Assembly (NCBI GenBank): GCA_035759015.1
Contig: DASTVQ010000068.1
Coordinates: 10,526 to 74,525, forward strand
Reading direction: 5' to 3'
DNA length: 64,000 nt
From: Kribbella sp.
GTDB lineage: Bacteria; Actinomycetota; Actinomycetes; Propionibacteriales; Kribbellaceae
Positions 17,810 through 27,424 of the stretch are shown here, piece after piece (positions within the stretch are counted from its first letter, which is position 1; every line of letters begins with the position of its first letter). The position numbers were made by a program, and so were the translations under genes. The notes beneath the pieces were generated by a model. That model saw only the letters and a program-made list of their open reading frames with translations. It was not told where the DNA came from and did no database searches.

Positions 17810-18505
17810 GTGAACGTGAGCGATGACGACAGCGCGGAGGTCGCTGATGTCTTTGCCCGCCTGGCGGTCGAGCTGCACGAGGAGCAGGGCGTCGAGGAGA
17901 CTGTCGAGGCTGTCCTCCAGTTCGCTCTGCAGGCGGTGAGCTGTACTCACGCGGGCATCGTTCTCGCTCAGCGGGGTGGCAAGCTGGAGACCGCCGCCGT
18001 GACCGATCCGCTGGTGGAGCAAAGCGACCAGCTGCAGCTGGACTGTGAGGAAGGGCCGTCGCTGGACGTGGTGAACGAGCACGACAGCGTGCTAGTGCCG
18101 GACACGGCCAGCGAGCAGCGCTGGCCGCGGTGGGCGCCGATGGCAGCGGCCCTCGGCGTCCGGAGCGTGCTCAGCGTCCGCCTCCACACCAACGGCTCCA
18201 CGCTGGGCGTGCTCCAGCTGTTCAACACCGAGCCGTATGCCTTCGAGGCCGACGACGACGCGGTGGCTCACATCCTCGCCCGGCATGCGTCGGTGGCGCT
18301 GGCGAGCGCTCGCGAGGAGGCCTCGCTGTGGCAGGCGATCGACGCACGCAAGCTCATCGGCCAGGCTCAGGGCATCCTGATGGAACGGTTCGGCATCGAC
18401 GGTGACAAGGCGTTCGCGGTGCTGCGCCGCTACTCGCAGGACTACAACATCAAGCTCCGCGACGTGGCCCAGCGACTGATCGACACCCGCAAGCTGCCCC
18501 GCTGA
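17810..18505 (+). CDS. GAF + ANTAR domain protein, paralog of 15251-16090
   Basis: QLDCEEGP, RWPRW; ANTAR ARKLIGQAQGILMERFGIDGDKAFAVLRRYSQDYNIKLRDVA. Confidence 0.92.
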   Translation: MNVSDDDSAEVADVFARLAVELHEEQGVEETVEAVLQFALQAVSCTHAGIVLAQRGGKLETAAVTDPLVEQSDQLQLDCEEGPSLDVVNEHDSVLVPDTASEQRWPRWAPMAAALGVRSVLSVRLHTNGSTLGVLQLFNTEPYAFEADDDAVAHILARHASVALASAREEASLWQAIDARKLIGQAQGILMERFGIDGDKAFAVLRRYSQDYNIKLRDVAQRLIDTRKLPR

Positions 18506-18551
18506 GCCCGACCGGGACGGCCGGCGCGGTCGGTGTTGCCCTGCGGCGGCG

Positions 18552-20129
18552 TCAGCGTTGACCGCGCACGCGCAGGCGGTCGTGGAGCAGCGCCGCCCGG
18601 GCGGCGTTCGAGCCGCACGCGCCGTGCACTCCGCCACCCGGGTGGGCGGCTGCTGACGCGAGGTACAAGCCGGCGATGCCGGTCTCGGCTCGGCCGAGGC
18701 CGGGTACGGGACGGAGGATGACCTGCTGGTGAAGGGCTGACGTTCCTCCGTTGACGGCACCACCGACGAGGTTGGCGTCGCGCGCCTCCAGGTCGGGCGG
18801 CGCGAGCACGCGGCGGGCGCGGATACGGTCGGCGAACCCGGGCGCGAACTCCTCCACCCTGGCCTGCATCCGGTCGGCCATGCGTTCGGCTTCAGTCCGG
18901 TCCCAGCTGCCCGTGATCCCGTCGCCGCCGGCGTCCTCGCGGATCCGCTGCGGCACATGGGTGTACGCCCAGACCGACTCAGTGCCGGCCGGTGAGCGAC
19001 TCGGGTCGGAGGTCGTCATCTGGCCCAGCAGCAGGAACGGGTCCGCCGGCACCACGCCCGCGGCAAGCTGGGCCGCCCAGACACTGAGCTCGTCCACCGA
19101 GCGCGCCAGGTGGACCGTGCCGGGCGCAGCGCTCGGTACATCCCGCCACGGGATCGATCCGTCGAGCGCCCAGTCGACCTTCACCGTGCCCGGATCCCAG
19201 CTGAAGGTACGCATCCGCTCCCGGGTCCGACGAGGCACCTGCTCGACCGGGACCAGGCCGCCGTACAGGGCCGGGGCCGACACGTCGGCGAGCACGGCCC
19301 GGCGGGCCTCGTACCGATCGCCGTCGACGGTCTGCACCCCGGTGGCGCGACCGTCGCGGAGGAGGACCCGGCTGACCCGGGCGTCGCAGGCGATCGAGCC
19401 ACCGCGAGCGGTGAAACGGTCGGCGAGCGCCTGGCTGAGCCGTCCTGCCCCACCCCGCGGAACCGGATAGCCGACCTGCTGGGCGAGCATCACCAACAGC
19501 CAGCCCATCAGGCCCGACCCGGCTCCCTCGGGACCGATGTCGGCGTGCTGGGAGTTGGTGGTCAGCAACATCCTGGCCGCGTCACCGCCGAAGTGCTTCT
19601 CTCCCACCCAGCGGACCGACCCGATCAGCAGGCGCAGGCGTTCCAGACCGCGGGGCCCGAGCAACCGGCGGGCCACGGCGAGGCCGGAACGCACCGGTGG
19701 GAAGGGATTCAGCAGCGCGCCCACGATGGCAGGTCCGATCCGGTCCCAGTCGGCACACAGCTCCAGCCAGGCGACGCCGTCGCCCAGGTGGTGCGCCTCC
19801 AGCTCGGCCGCGGTGCGCTCGGGGTTGCGGTGGACGATCGCCCAGCCGCCGTCCTTCATCGGGTTGCCGACGGGCGCCGGCGGATAGGACCACTCCAGGC
19901 CGTACCGGTGCAGCTCCAGCTTCTGCAGGGTCGGAGATGCGGCGGCGAGCGGGTAGAACGAGCTGAACGTGTCGTGCACGAACCCGTCCGCGACCTCCGT
20001 GCTGCTTCGCACTGCGCCGCCGACCGCGCTCTCGGCCTCGAGCAGCAAGACGTCCCAGCCGGCGTCGACCAGCAGGTTCGCCGCGACCAGGCCGTTTGGC
20101 CCGCCGCCGATCACGATCGCATCGGTCAT
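18552..20129 (-). CDS. Phytoene desaturase-like FAD-dependent oxidoreductase
   Basis: IGGGPNGLVAA Rossmann motif, GFVHDTFSSFYP, YLASAAAHPGGGVHGACG. Confidence 0.9.
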   Translation of the reverse strand: MTDAIVIGGGPNGLVAANLLVDAGWDVLLLEAESAVGGAVRSSTEVADGFVHDTFSSFYPLAAASPTLQKLELHRYGLEWSYPPAPVGNPMKDGGWAIVHRNPERTAAELEAHHLGDGVAWLELCADWDRIGPAIVGALLNPFPPVRSGLAVARRLLGPRGLERLRLLIGSVRWVGEKHFGGDAARMLLTTNSQHADIGPEGAGSGLMGWLLVMLAQQVGYPVPRGGAGRLSQALADRFTARGGSIACDARVSRVLLRDGRATGVQTVDGDRYEARRAVLADVSAPALYGGLVPVEQVPRRTRERMRTFSWDPGTVKVDWALDGSIPWRDVPSAAPGTVHLARSVDELSVWAAQLAAGVVPADPFLLLGQMTTSDPSRSPAGTESVWAYTHVPQRIREDAGGDGITGSWDRTEAERMADRMQARVEEFAPGFADRIRARRVLAPPDLEARDANLVGGAVNGGTSALHQQVILRPVPGLGRAETGIAGLYLASAAAHPGGGVHGACGSNAARAALLHDRLRVRGQR

Positions 20130-20187
20130 GCACAGCAGGTCTCCAGCCTGGCGGCGGATCATGCGCGGCCGGCCCGGTCGCGGCGGC

Positions 20188-20212
20188 GGATGAAGTCCCA
20201 CAGCTCGGGTAC
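20188..20212 (+). promoter_or_regulatory. Putative SigB/SigF-type promoter, likely leaderless transcript
   Basis: GGAT-N15-GGGTAC ending 9 nt before ATG 20222; no RBS. Confidence 0.6.
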
Positions 20213-20221
20213 CGACGGCTC

Positions 20222-20677
20222 ATGAGTGAGAACGAGCGGGTCGTCCACGCGTCGCCTGGAGCCGTCTTCGCCGTCCTGAGCGACGGGTGGACGTTCGCGA
20301 ACTGGGTGGTCGGGTCGGCGCGGATCCGGGCTGTCGACGCCGGGTGGCCGGAACCGGGCTGCAGCGTCCATCACTCCGTCGGGCTCTGGCCGATGCTGAT
20401 CCACGACGCGACGACCGCGGAGGAGTACGAGCCCTCGCGTCGGCTGCGGATGAAGGTGCGGGCCTGGCCGGCCGGATCCGGCCGGGCGGAGATCACCGTC
20501 GTTCCGCATCCCGAGGGTTGCCTCGTCACGATGCGCGAGGAGGCGATCGAGGGACCGGCGATGCTGATCCCCGCGGCTGTCTCGGAGCCGCTGCTGCACT
20601 GGCGCAACAACGAGACGCTGCGTCGACTGGCCTACCTCGCCGAACGCAAGAGCGAACCGCGCTCCTCAGATCACTAG
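20222..20677 (+). CDS. SRPBCC (polyketide cyclase-like) family protein
   Basis: VFAVLSDGWTFANWVVGSARIR, RNNETLRRLAYLAE. Confidence 0.88.
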   Translation: MSENERVVHASPGAVFAVLSDGWTFANWVVGSARIRAVDAGWPEPGCSVHHSVGLWPMLIHDATTAEEYEPSRRLRMKVRAWPAGSGRAEITVVPHPEGCLVTMREEAIEGPAMLIPAAVSEPLLHWRNNETLRRLAYLAERKSEPRSSDH

Positions 20678-20688
20678 GCCCACCGCCA

Positions 20689-21762
20689 TCAGGTCCACCG
20701 CAGCAGTGCGGCGACGGGCGCACCACCCAGGACGCTCTGCGGACTGATGACGACCTGGGCATCGGTCAGGGCCGCGGCGGCGATCAGAGCCTGGTCCGCG
20801 CGGACGGGTTGGTCGACCGGCACGGCCCCGAGCGGGAGCCCGGGATGATCGCTGGGCCTCAGCTCGGTCCCAGCGGCGGCTGCGGGATCCAGCAACAGCG
20901 TGTCCACCTGGCCGCGGACGAACGCTCCGGCGACCTCACGCACCCCGGCGGCGGCACCCTCGCCACGACCCAGCCGGTCTTGCAGGGTATGTGCGAGCTC
21001 CTGCTGACGCGCGACGCTGTGCTCCAGCAATGCCTGGCGGATCGCATGCTGGAGGGCGTCGCCACCGCTGTCCTCGGACCGGCTGCCGGACTCCAGCTCG
21101 ACCACGGTGGCCGGTGAGGTCTCCAGTCGGCGGGCCACCTCGCCCTTCGACCGTGGGTCGCCCGCCAGCAGGATCAGCCGGTTTCCCTCGCGGATCCGGG
21201 ACTCGACCTCGTCGGCGACCGCCTCCGCGTTGCGGCTCCAGACGTTCTCGGTCACGTGCTGGTAGCGCAGGGCCGACCAACCGCCCGACGGCACCTTGTG
21301 CACGAATTCCGTCTCCCCGCCTGCCGAGCTCTCCTCCAACGCCTGCGGGACATCCGAGCGATAGACGGCCACGTCACCGCCGACGTGGTCCACGAGCGCG
21401 AGCACGAAGGGGATGTTGCGGCTCGCGAGCTCCAGCCAACCGGTGATGTCGGGCAGGGCGCCCCAGCCGACGATGGACTGGTCGATGTGTTGGTGGACGA
21501 GCTCGTCGAGCTGGACATCGGCAGCGGTGGCGACGACGGTCCGCGCGACGGGCGCGGGCTCATCGACCCGCTCGCTCAGCCTGGCGGCGACCTGATCGAT
21601 GACCTCGCGGTCGGCGCCCAGCCGCCCGAGCTCCTCGGTGGCGGAGCGAAGCCGCAGGTTGCGGGCCTGAGCGGCGGTCTCGCTGGCGCGGCTGACGTCG
21701 AGGGTGACACTGGCGAACGGTCCCTCGGCCTGGAACAGAGGTGCGAGCCGTGAAATGTCCAT
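20689..21762 (-). CDS. Bacterial archaeo-eukaryotic release factor (baeRF, eRF1-like) protein
   Basis: GPFASVTLDVSR, LALVDHVGGD, HKVPSGGWSALRYQ...WSRNAEAVA, GQVDTLLL, GGAPVAALLRW C-terminus. Confidence 0.8.
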   Translation of the reverse strand: MDISRLAPLFQAEGPFASVTLDVSRASETAAQARNLRLRSATEELGRLGADREVIDQVAARLSERVDEPAPVARTVVATAADVQLDELVHQHIDQSIVGWGALPDITGWLELASRNIPFVLALVDHVGGDVAVYRSDVPQALEESSAGGETEFVHKVPSGGWSALRYQHVTENVWSRNAEAVADEVESRIREGNRLILLAGDPRSKGEVARRLETSPATVVELESGSRSEDSGGDALQHAIRQALLEHSVARQQELAHTLQDRLGRGEGAAAGVREVAGAFVRGQVDTLLLDPAAAAGTELRPSDHPGLPLGAVPVDQPVRADQALIAAAALTDAQVVISPQSVLGGAPVAALLRWT

Positions 21763-21825
21763 ACGGTCACCGTCCCACACCCGGCCCCCGACCCGAAGAA
21801 AACCTTCCCACCCCGTCCCGTCGCT

Positions 21826-21864
21826 CCCACCCCCGCCCCCCACCCCCGCCCACCACCCCGCCCC
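21826..21864 (-). other. G-quadruplex-prone tract (seven G-runs of 3 or more on minus strand)
   Basis: Plus strand C3-C5-C6-C5-C3-C4-C4 runs separated by 1-4 nt. Confidence 0.6.
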
Positions 21865-21887
21865 GCCAGGCCGCCCGGCCTGCGGTG

Positions 21888-21977
21888 TGTGGAAAACCTT
21901 CCGACGATTCGTCGCCTCTGGGGCGCAATGAGGCGAGTCCGCACCAGAACCGACGAATCGGCAGAAGGATTTCCACA
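21888..21977. repeat. Imperfect 38-bp inverted repeat (6 mismatches, 14-nt spacer)
   Basis: TGTGGAAAACCTTCCGACGATTCGTCG... (21888-21925) versus ...CGACGAATCGGCAGAAGGATTTCCACA (21940-21977). Confidence 0.8.
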
Positions 21978-22045
21978 GATTGGGGGACCGGGTTTCAGGA
22001 GGGTGTGGCGGGATACCCCAGAGGGGGACCACGAGGAGGTGTGTG

Positions 22046-23047
22046 ATGGCGATCGACAGGAACGGGGCCGGCGTACGGCAGGATGCCCCGGCGGCTGACC
22101 AAGCGGCCCGGGTGCCCGGTGGAGCAGCGGACAAGCCCGTGCAGATCCCTGCCAGGGGCTGGTGGCAGATCCTCAGGCGCGCATGGGCCGAGGCCAAGGC
22201 CGACCAGGTCCCGCTGCTCGCGGCCGGTGTCGCCTTCTTCGCCTTCCTCTCCCTCTTCCCCGCGATGATCGCTGCCGTGATGGCGTACGGCTTGATCGCC
22301 GACCCCGGCCAGATCCGCTCCCAGGCCGAGGACCTGGCCGCGGCGATGCCGTCGTCCGCGCGAGATCTCCTGCTGCAGCAGGTGGACGCCCTCACCTCGG
22401 CGCCACGCCAGTCGCTCGGCATCGGCCTGGTGATCGCCCTGGCAATCGCGCTGTGGAGCGCCTCCGGAGGCGTCGGGTACCTCATCACAGCTGTGAACAT
22501 GGCCTACGACGAGGACGAGACCCGCGGCTTCGTCCGCCGCAAGGGCCTCGCCTTGACACTGACCCTCGGCACGATCGTGTTCGTCCTGCTCGCGGCCGCC
22601 CTGCTAGCGGTCGGACCGGCGATCATCGGTGACAATGAGGTCTCCACACCGATCCGGGTCCTGGTCGAAGGGGGCCGCCTGATCCTGGCCGTCGTGCTCA
22701 TCAGCGTCGCACTCGCGACGATGTACCGGCTGGCTCCGGACCGTGACGCACCCCGGGTGCGCTGGGTCTCGATCGGCGCGGCCGTCGCCACCATCATCTG
22801 GCTCCTTGCCTCGATCGGTTTCTCCGTGTACGTCGCGACGTTCGGCAACTACGCCAAGACGTACGGCAGCCTGGCGGCGGTGGTCGTCCTGATGCTGTGG
22901 CTGTGGCTGAGCGCGTACGCCGTCCTGCTCGGCGCGGAGATCAACGCCGAGAGCGAGGGGCAGACGATCCGGGACACCACAAGAGGTGCTCCTCAGCCGC
23001 TGGGCCGGCGCGGAGCAGTCAAGGCGGATTCGGTGCCGCCGTCCTGA
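22046..23047 (+). CDS. YihY/BrkB family membrane protein
   Basis: LLAAGVAFFAFLSLFP, LWSASGG, YAKTYGSLAAVVVLMLWLW, GAEINAE; GAGGAGG RBS; GTTT-N15-GGATAC at 21992-22016. Confidence 0.93.
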   Translation: MAIDRNGAGVRQDAPAADQAARVPGGAADKPVQIPARGWWQILRRAWAEAKADQVPLLAAGVAFFAFLSLFPAMIAAVMAYGLIADPGQIRSQAEDLAAAMPSSARDLLLQQVDALTSAPRQSLGIGLVIALAIALWSASGGVGYLITAVNMAYDEDETRGFVRRKGLALTLTLGTIVFVLLAAALLAVGPAIIGDNEVSTPIRVLVEGGRLILAVVLISVALATMYRLAPDRDAPRVRWVSIGAAVATIIWLLASIGFSVYVATFGNYAKTYGSLAAVVVLMLWLWLSAYAVLLGAEINAESEGQTIRDTTRGAPQPLGRRGAVKADSVPPS

Positions 23048-23235
23048 CCGCCCCCTGATCGGGCGCAGGTCACGGTCGAAATCCGGTTGGCGGCCGGGGA
23101 GCCGGCAGCTACGGTGCGGGATGTGAACAGGCAGGCAGGAGATCTCGGCGAAGGGGAGACAGAGCGCGCGCGGTGAGCTCGCGCGTCCGTCCCTTCAGCA
23201 GTGACCAGCGCGGCCGGTAGACGACCGGCCGCTGT

Positions 23236-24507
23236 GTGCTGCGCGGACGCGGCCCATCCCGCGTATCCGATGCAGGAGTCCCTGTGTTCACTCGTTCTTC
23301 CGTCACCGTTCGTCCCGTCCGCGGCAACCAGTCTCGTCATCGTGCCATCGCCGCGGGCATCTTCCTCGTCCTCGGCTTCCATGTCGGTGTCTGGGCCGTC
23401 CAGCTGGCCGGTCTGTCGGCCGCGCTGCAATTGAGTCCTGGCCTTCTGGGTACCGCGCTGACGACCGCCTCGGCGACCGGCATCGTCACCTTGTTCGCCG
23501 GTGGTCGGCTAGCCGACCGGCTCGGCCGGCGTCCTGTGCTGCTGCTCGGATTCGTCGGGACCGCTCTCGCCTTCGCCCTCCTGAGTCAGGTGGGCGAACT
23601 GGTCTCGCTGTTCGTCGTCCTGGCCGCGTACGGCTTGTTCGTCAGCTTCGTTGATCTGGCCGCGAACGCGGTTGGTGCCGATTACGAGCACACCCACGGC
23701 GTCCAGGCGATGACAGGTCTGCATGCCGGGTTCAGCTTCGGCGCGACGCTCGGCGCCGTCGGTACGGGCGTCGTGCTGTGGGCCGGCGTCGACTTCCGTG
23801 CCGTCTATCTCGGCTTGGCAGTGGTGTTGGCCGCGGCGGCCGTACTGGCCATGCTGGTGCCGCTACCGTCGCCGGCGGCATCCGAGCCGACCCCCGCCGC
23901 CGGTGGTGGTGCGGTGTGGCGGATCCCCGCGGTTGCCTTCGCCATCGTCCTGGTGACGGTGACCATGTTCGGCGACGGCGCCTTGGAGAGCTTCCTGGCC
24001 GTCTACCTCAGCCGCGCCCTGGCCTCCGGCGTCCTGCTGAGCGGGATCGGCGTTGCCAGCTTCCACCTGGCGTCCCTGGCCGGCCGGCTGCTCGCCTCCC
24101 GTGCGCTGCGGCGCTGGGGCGAGCGCCGAGTCGTGGTGGCGGCCGGGCTCCTCGCTGCGGGCGGCATCAGCGTGGCCGTCAGCACCAGTCAGGTAGTGCT
24201 GGCCATCGGAGGTCTCCTGCTGGTCGGTTTCGCTGTCTCCCCGGTCATGCCCACTGCCTTCTCGCTCGCTGCCCGGTCCGCACCGGGCCAGTCCGGCCGA
24301 GCCGTGGCGAGGACGACAGCCGCCGGCTACAGCGCGTTCATCGTGAGCCCGGTGCTGGTCGGCCGGGTCGCGGACGCGAGCAGCCTCCGGGTTGGGCTGG
24401 GGCTGCTGATCGCGACAGCCCTCGCCATCGCCGCACTGGGGCGGCGGTGGCCGCAGGGCGAGGCCCCGGTGGGCCCTGACAGCTCCACCGGGGCCTCCCG
24501 ATGTTGA
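23236..24507 (+). CDS. MFS transporter (start uncertain)
   Basis: Motif A GRLADRLGRR, about 12 hydrophobic segments. Confidence 0.9.
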   Translation: MLRGRGPSRVSDAGVPVFTRSSVTVRPVRGNQSRHRAIAAGIFLVLGFHVGVWAVQLAGLSAALQLSPGLLGTALTTASATGIVTLFAGGRLADRLGRRPVLLLGFVGTALAFALLSQVGELVSLFVVLAAYGLFVSFVDLAANAVGADYEHTHGVQAMTGLHAGFSFGATLGAVGTGVVLWAGVDFRAVYLGLAVVLAAAAVLAMLVPLPSPAASEPTPAAGGGAVWRIPAVAFAIVLVTVTMFGDGALESFLAVYLSRALASGVLLSGIGVASFHLASLAGRLLASRALRRWGERRVVVAAGLLAAGGISVAVSTSQVVLAIGGLLLVGFAVSPVMPTAFSLAARSAPGQSGRAVARTTAAGYSAFIVSPVLVGRVADASSLRVGLGLLIATALAIAALGRRWPQGEAPVGPDSSTGASRC

Positions 24508-24710
24508 TCACTCAACAGCAGTCGGATGCTACGCGAGATCGACTGCTAGGAACAGGGCCTATTTCGGATGACGAGCCTTACATCGTGTGCGTCGGTGTTC
24601 GATCGGAGGAGGGCCGGTCTGCGCCTCGACCAGCGCTGGTACCCGGGTCGTCCGTGGCGGGTGGCATGCTCTCGGCTCACGGGTGAAGCTGGAGTTGGTG
24701 AGGGGGCGCG

Positions 24711-26018
24711 GTGAAGCCTTGGGACGCGGAGCAGGTGCGTGCATTGGCGCCTGATGCTGTCGCTGCCAAGGCCGGGGAGGAGCTTTCCCGAGCGGCGAGC
24801 TGGTCCGCATCGGGTAGCTCACAGCGGGCGCTTTGGGGGCTGTGTCAGGGCAGCGGCTCGAAGCCGTACCAGACAGTGGTCGACCTGACCGGGCCGGCGT
24901 TTCGCTGCTCCTGCCCGAGCCGCAAGTTCCCCTGCAAGCACGCCCTCGGACTCCTGCTGCTGTGGTCCGCCGGCGAGATCCGATCGGGCACCGAGCCGGA
25001 CTGGGCGTCGGCCTGGCTGGCCAACCGTGAGGCCCGGGCCGTGGCCGAGCCGACGGCCGCGGGGCAGGGCGGGGTTGCCGATCCCGCGGCGGCGCAGCAG
25101 CGAGCCGCCCGCCGTGCGGAGCGGGTGGCGTCCGGCATGGCTGAGCTGGAGAGCTGGCTTGCTGATCAGATGCGTCGCGGGCTCAGCGGGTTCGAGAAAC
25201 GGGGGTATGCCGAGCTCAGTCGTCTGGCGGCGCGGATGGTCGACGCCCAGGCGCCGGGCCTCGCCGGTGCGGTCCGTCGTGCGGCCGGCGTGGTCGGTCG
25301 AGGTCACGACTGGCCAGCGGAGCTGCTGGAGGAACTGGCCATCATCCACCTGACGGTCTCGGCGCACGGCCGCCTGGACGAGCTCCCACGACCGCTGGTG
25401 GAGACGGTGCAGACCCGCATCGGCTGGACCGTCGAGACCGCGAGGGTACTGGCCGAGGGGGAGAAGGTCGAGGACGACTGGCTGGTGCTCGGCCGCGTGG
25501 TCGAGCCGGACGATCGCCTGACAGTACGACGGGTCTGGCTGCACGGGCGGTCCACAGGCCGGATCGCGCTTGTGCTGAGCTTCGCGGTCGCCGGGCGGCA
25601 GCTCGATCCGTTGCCGGGCCGCCCGGGTGAGCTGGTGCCCGGCGTCGTGTCGTTCTACCCCGGGGCGTTGCCGCTGCGGGCACTGCTCACCCAGAGCGCG
25701 CCGCGCCTGCCGGGCACCCGGCCGGACGGCCTCAGTGCGAAGCAGGCGTTGACGTCGTACGCGGGCTCGTTGGGGCGCGACCCTTGGAACGAGCGCTGGC
25801 CACTGGTCCTCGGTGAGGTCCGGCCCGCGCGGAACGGAGCGGCCTGGGCGCTGGTCGACGCGGCCGGCGACGGGCTGGAGCTGGTCACCGCGGTGGATCC
25901 GTGGCGCTTGCTGTCGGTCTCGGCGGGCGAGCCGGTGACGGTCGCGGGTGAGTGGACTCGCGCCGGGTTCAGACCGATGACCTGTTGGGACGGTGACCGG
26001 CCGGTGGTCCTGTCATGA
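24711..26018 (+). CDS. SWIM zinc-finger protein (YehQ-like)
   Basis: CQGSGSKPY, CSCPSRKFPCKH SWIM motif, AARMVDAQAPGLA. Confidence 0.9.
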   Translation: MKPWDAEQVRALAPDAVAAKAGEELSRAASWSASGSSQRALWGLCQGSGSKPYQTVVDLTGPAFRCSCPSRKFPCKHALGLLLLWSAGEIRSGTEPDWASAWLANREARAVAEPTAAGQGGVADPAAAQQRAARRAERVASGMAELESWLADQMRRGLSGFEKRGYAELSRLAARMVDAQAPGLAGAVRRAAGVVGRGHDWPAELLEELAIIHLTVSAHGRLDELPRPLVETVQTRIGWTVETARVLAEGEKVEDDWLVLGRVVEPDDRLTVRRVWLHGRSTGRIALVLSFAVAGRQLDPLPGRPGELVPGVVSFYPGALPLRALLTQSAPRLPGTRPDGLSAKQALTSYAGSLGRDPWNERWPLVLGEVRPARNGAAWALVDAAGDGLELVTAVDPWRLLSVSAGEPVTVAGEWTRAGFRPMTCWDGDRPVVLS

Positions 26019-27424
26019 GGGGCTGGGATGGCCTGGTGAGCTCGGCGTTGCTCGGCACCGACCGGCGCGAGCCTCGGTTCGAGGACTTGCCGGAGCCGGT
26101 CCGGGCGGCGCTCGGCAAGGGTGACTTGTTGGACGCCGCGGCGCTGGCGACCCTCTATCGACGGGCTGGGCGCCTCCCATTGCGAGGGCTGACGCCGCTG
26201 CCCGCGGTGGTCGGGGATGATCGGCCCGCGCCTCGTGCGGCTGCGATTCGGCGGCTGGTGGCGATGCTGGGCGGCTTCCAGACTGCGGTGCTGGGTGAAT
26301 GGTTGCGGGCGGCTGAGGCCCATGGCTGGGGCGTGCCACCGGAGCATTTGCCGGCCTTGGCGGAGCTGGCTCGCGGTCGTCCGCAGTATCGCGCGCTGGT
26401 GGCTTCCGCAGCCGGTCGCCGGACAGCTTGGCTGGCCGGGCTGAATCCCGAGTGGCGTTTCCTCGCCGAGGTGGTTGCTGATAGCAACGACGAGACGAGC
26501 TGGTCGCACGGCACGACAGCCCAGCGGCGTGCCTGGCTGACCGCACTCCGCCGACGTGACCCGGCCTCTGCCCTGGCGAGGCTCGGCGCGGCGTGGCAGA
26601 CCGAACCCGCCGGGGTGCGGGCCGAGTTCCTCGGAATCCTGGCGGAACGGCTCACCCCGGCCGACGAGGAGTTCTGCGAGGCCGCGCTGGACGACCGCTC
26701 CCGAGACGTCCGACGGGTCGCGGCCGGTCTGCTCGCGCGGATCCCTGGCTCCCGGTACAGCGAACGGATGGCCACGCGGGTGCGGCGCTGCCTGGCGGTC
26801 TCGGAGGGGGCTCTCGTCGTCACGCTGCCGACGCGGGTGGAAGCGGCCATGCTGCGCGACGGCGTCGATCCGCAGCCCCAACAGGCAATCGGCAAACGCG
26901 CCTGGTGGTTTCGTCAGCTCGTTGCGGCCGCACCGCTTTCGACCTATGGGGAGAGCGCGGAGGAGCTGCTGCGCAGGCGGATCGCGGGCTGCGATCCCGA
27001 GTTGTTCCACGGTGCGCTCGCCGATGCGGCCGTGCGTGAGCAGTCAGCCGACTGGGCTCGTGCCCTGCTGCGGACGAATGCCACGGCCGGTCACCGCCCG
27101 TCCGAGCTGGTCAGGGCGTTGCCACCTGCCGAGTGGGCCGCCGCTGTGACGGCGCTGCAGGGCAAGCGCGACCTGGCCGAGATCGTCGGCGGCCTGCCGG
27201 TGCCATGGCCGGTCGAGCTGGCCGGGGCGGTGCTGGACCAGCTGGCCAGGGCGAGCAGCGATCGCCGTTGGGCCCGGCTGGCCGGCATCGCCTCGCAGGC
27301 CGTGCCACCCGAGGTGCTGAACCATCCGATCACCCGGCACCCGACCGGTGCGGAGGACACCTGGCGGTTGCGCCTGGTGGAGACCCTGATCTTTCGACGT
27401 GAGATGTACGAGGAGCTGTCATGA
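26015..27424 (+). CDS. DUF5691-like alpha-helical protein
   Basis: LVSSALLGTDRR, WLAGLNPEW, AALDDRSRDVR, FRREMYEEL; 4-nt overlaps with both neighbours. Confidence 0.75.
   Translation: MRGWDGLVSSALLGTDRREPRFEDLPEPVRAALGKGDLLDAAALATLYRRAGRLPLRGLTPLPAVVGDDRPAPRAAAIRRLVAMLGGFQTAVLGEWLRAAEAHGWGVPPEHLPALAELARGRPQYRALVASAAGRRTAWLAGLNPEWRFLAEVVADSNDETSWSHGTTAQRRAWLTALRRRDPASALARLGAAWQTEPAGVRAEFLGILAERLTPADEEFCEAALDDRSRDVRRVAAGLLARIPGSRYSERMATRVRRCLAVSEGALVVTLPTRVEAAMLRDGVDPQPQQAIGKRAWWFRQLVAAAPLSTYGESAEELLRRRIAGCDPELFHGALADAAVREQSADWARALLRTNATAGHRPSELVRALPPAEWAAAVTALQGKRDLAEIVGGLPVPWPVELAGAVLDQLARASSDRRWARLAGIASQAVPPEVLNHPITRHPTGAEDTWRLRLVETLIFRREMYEELS

Noticed and set aside
21763-22500. N-terminal extension of the 603-aa ORF 20689..22500
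   Set aside because: It overlaps yihY antisense, the inverted repeat and the G-tract; the recognisable protein starts at ATG 21762.
24502-24517. FNR/CRP box
   Set aside because: Half-site spacing is TTGA-N4-TCAA, not the N6 required.
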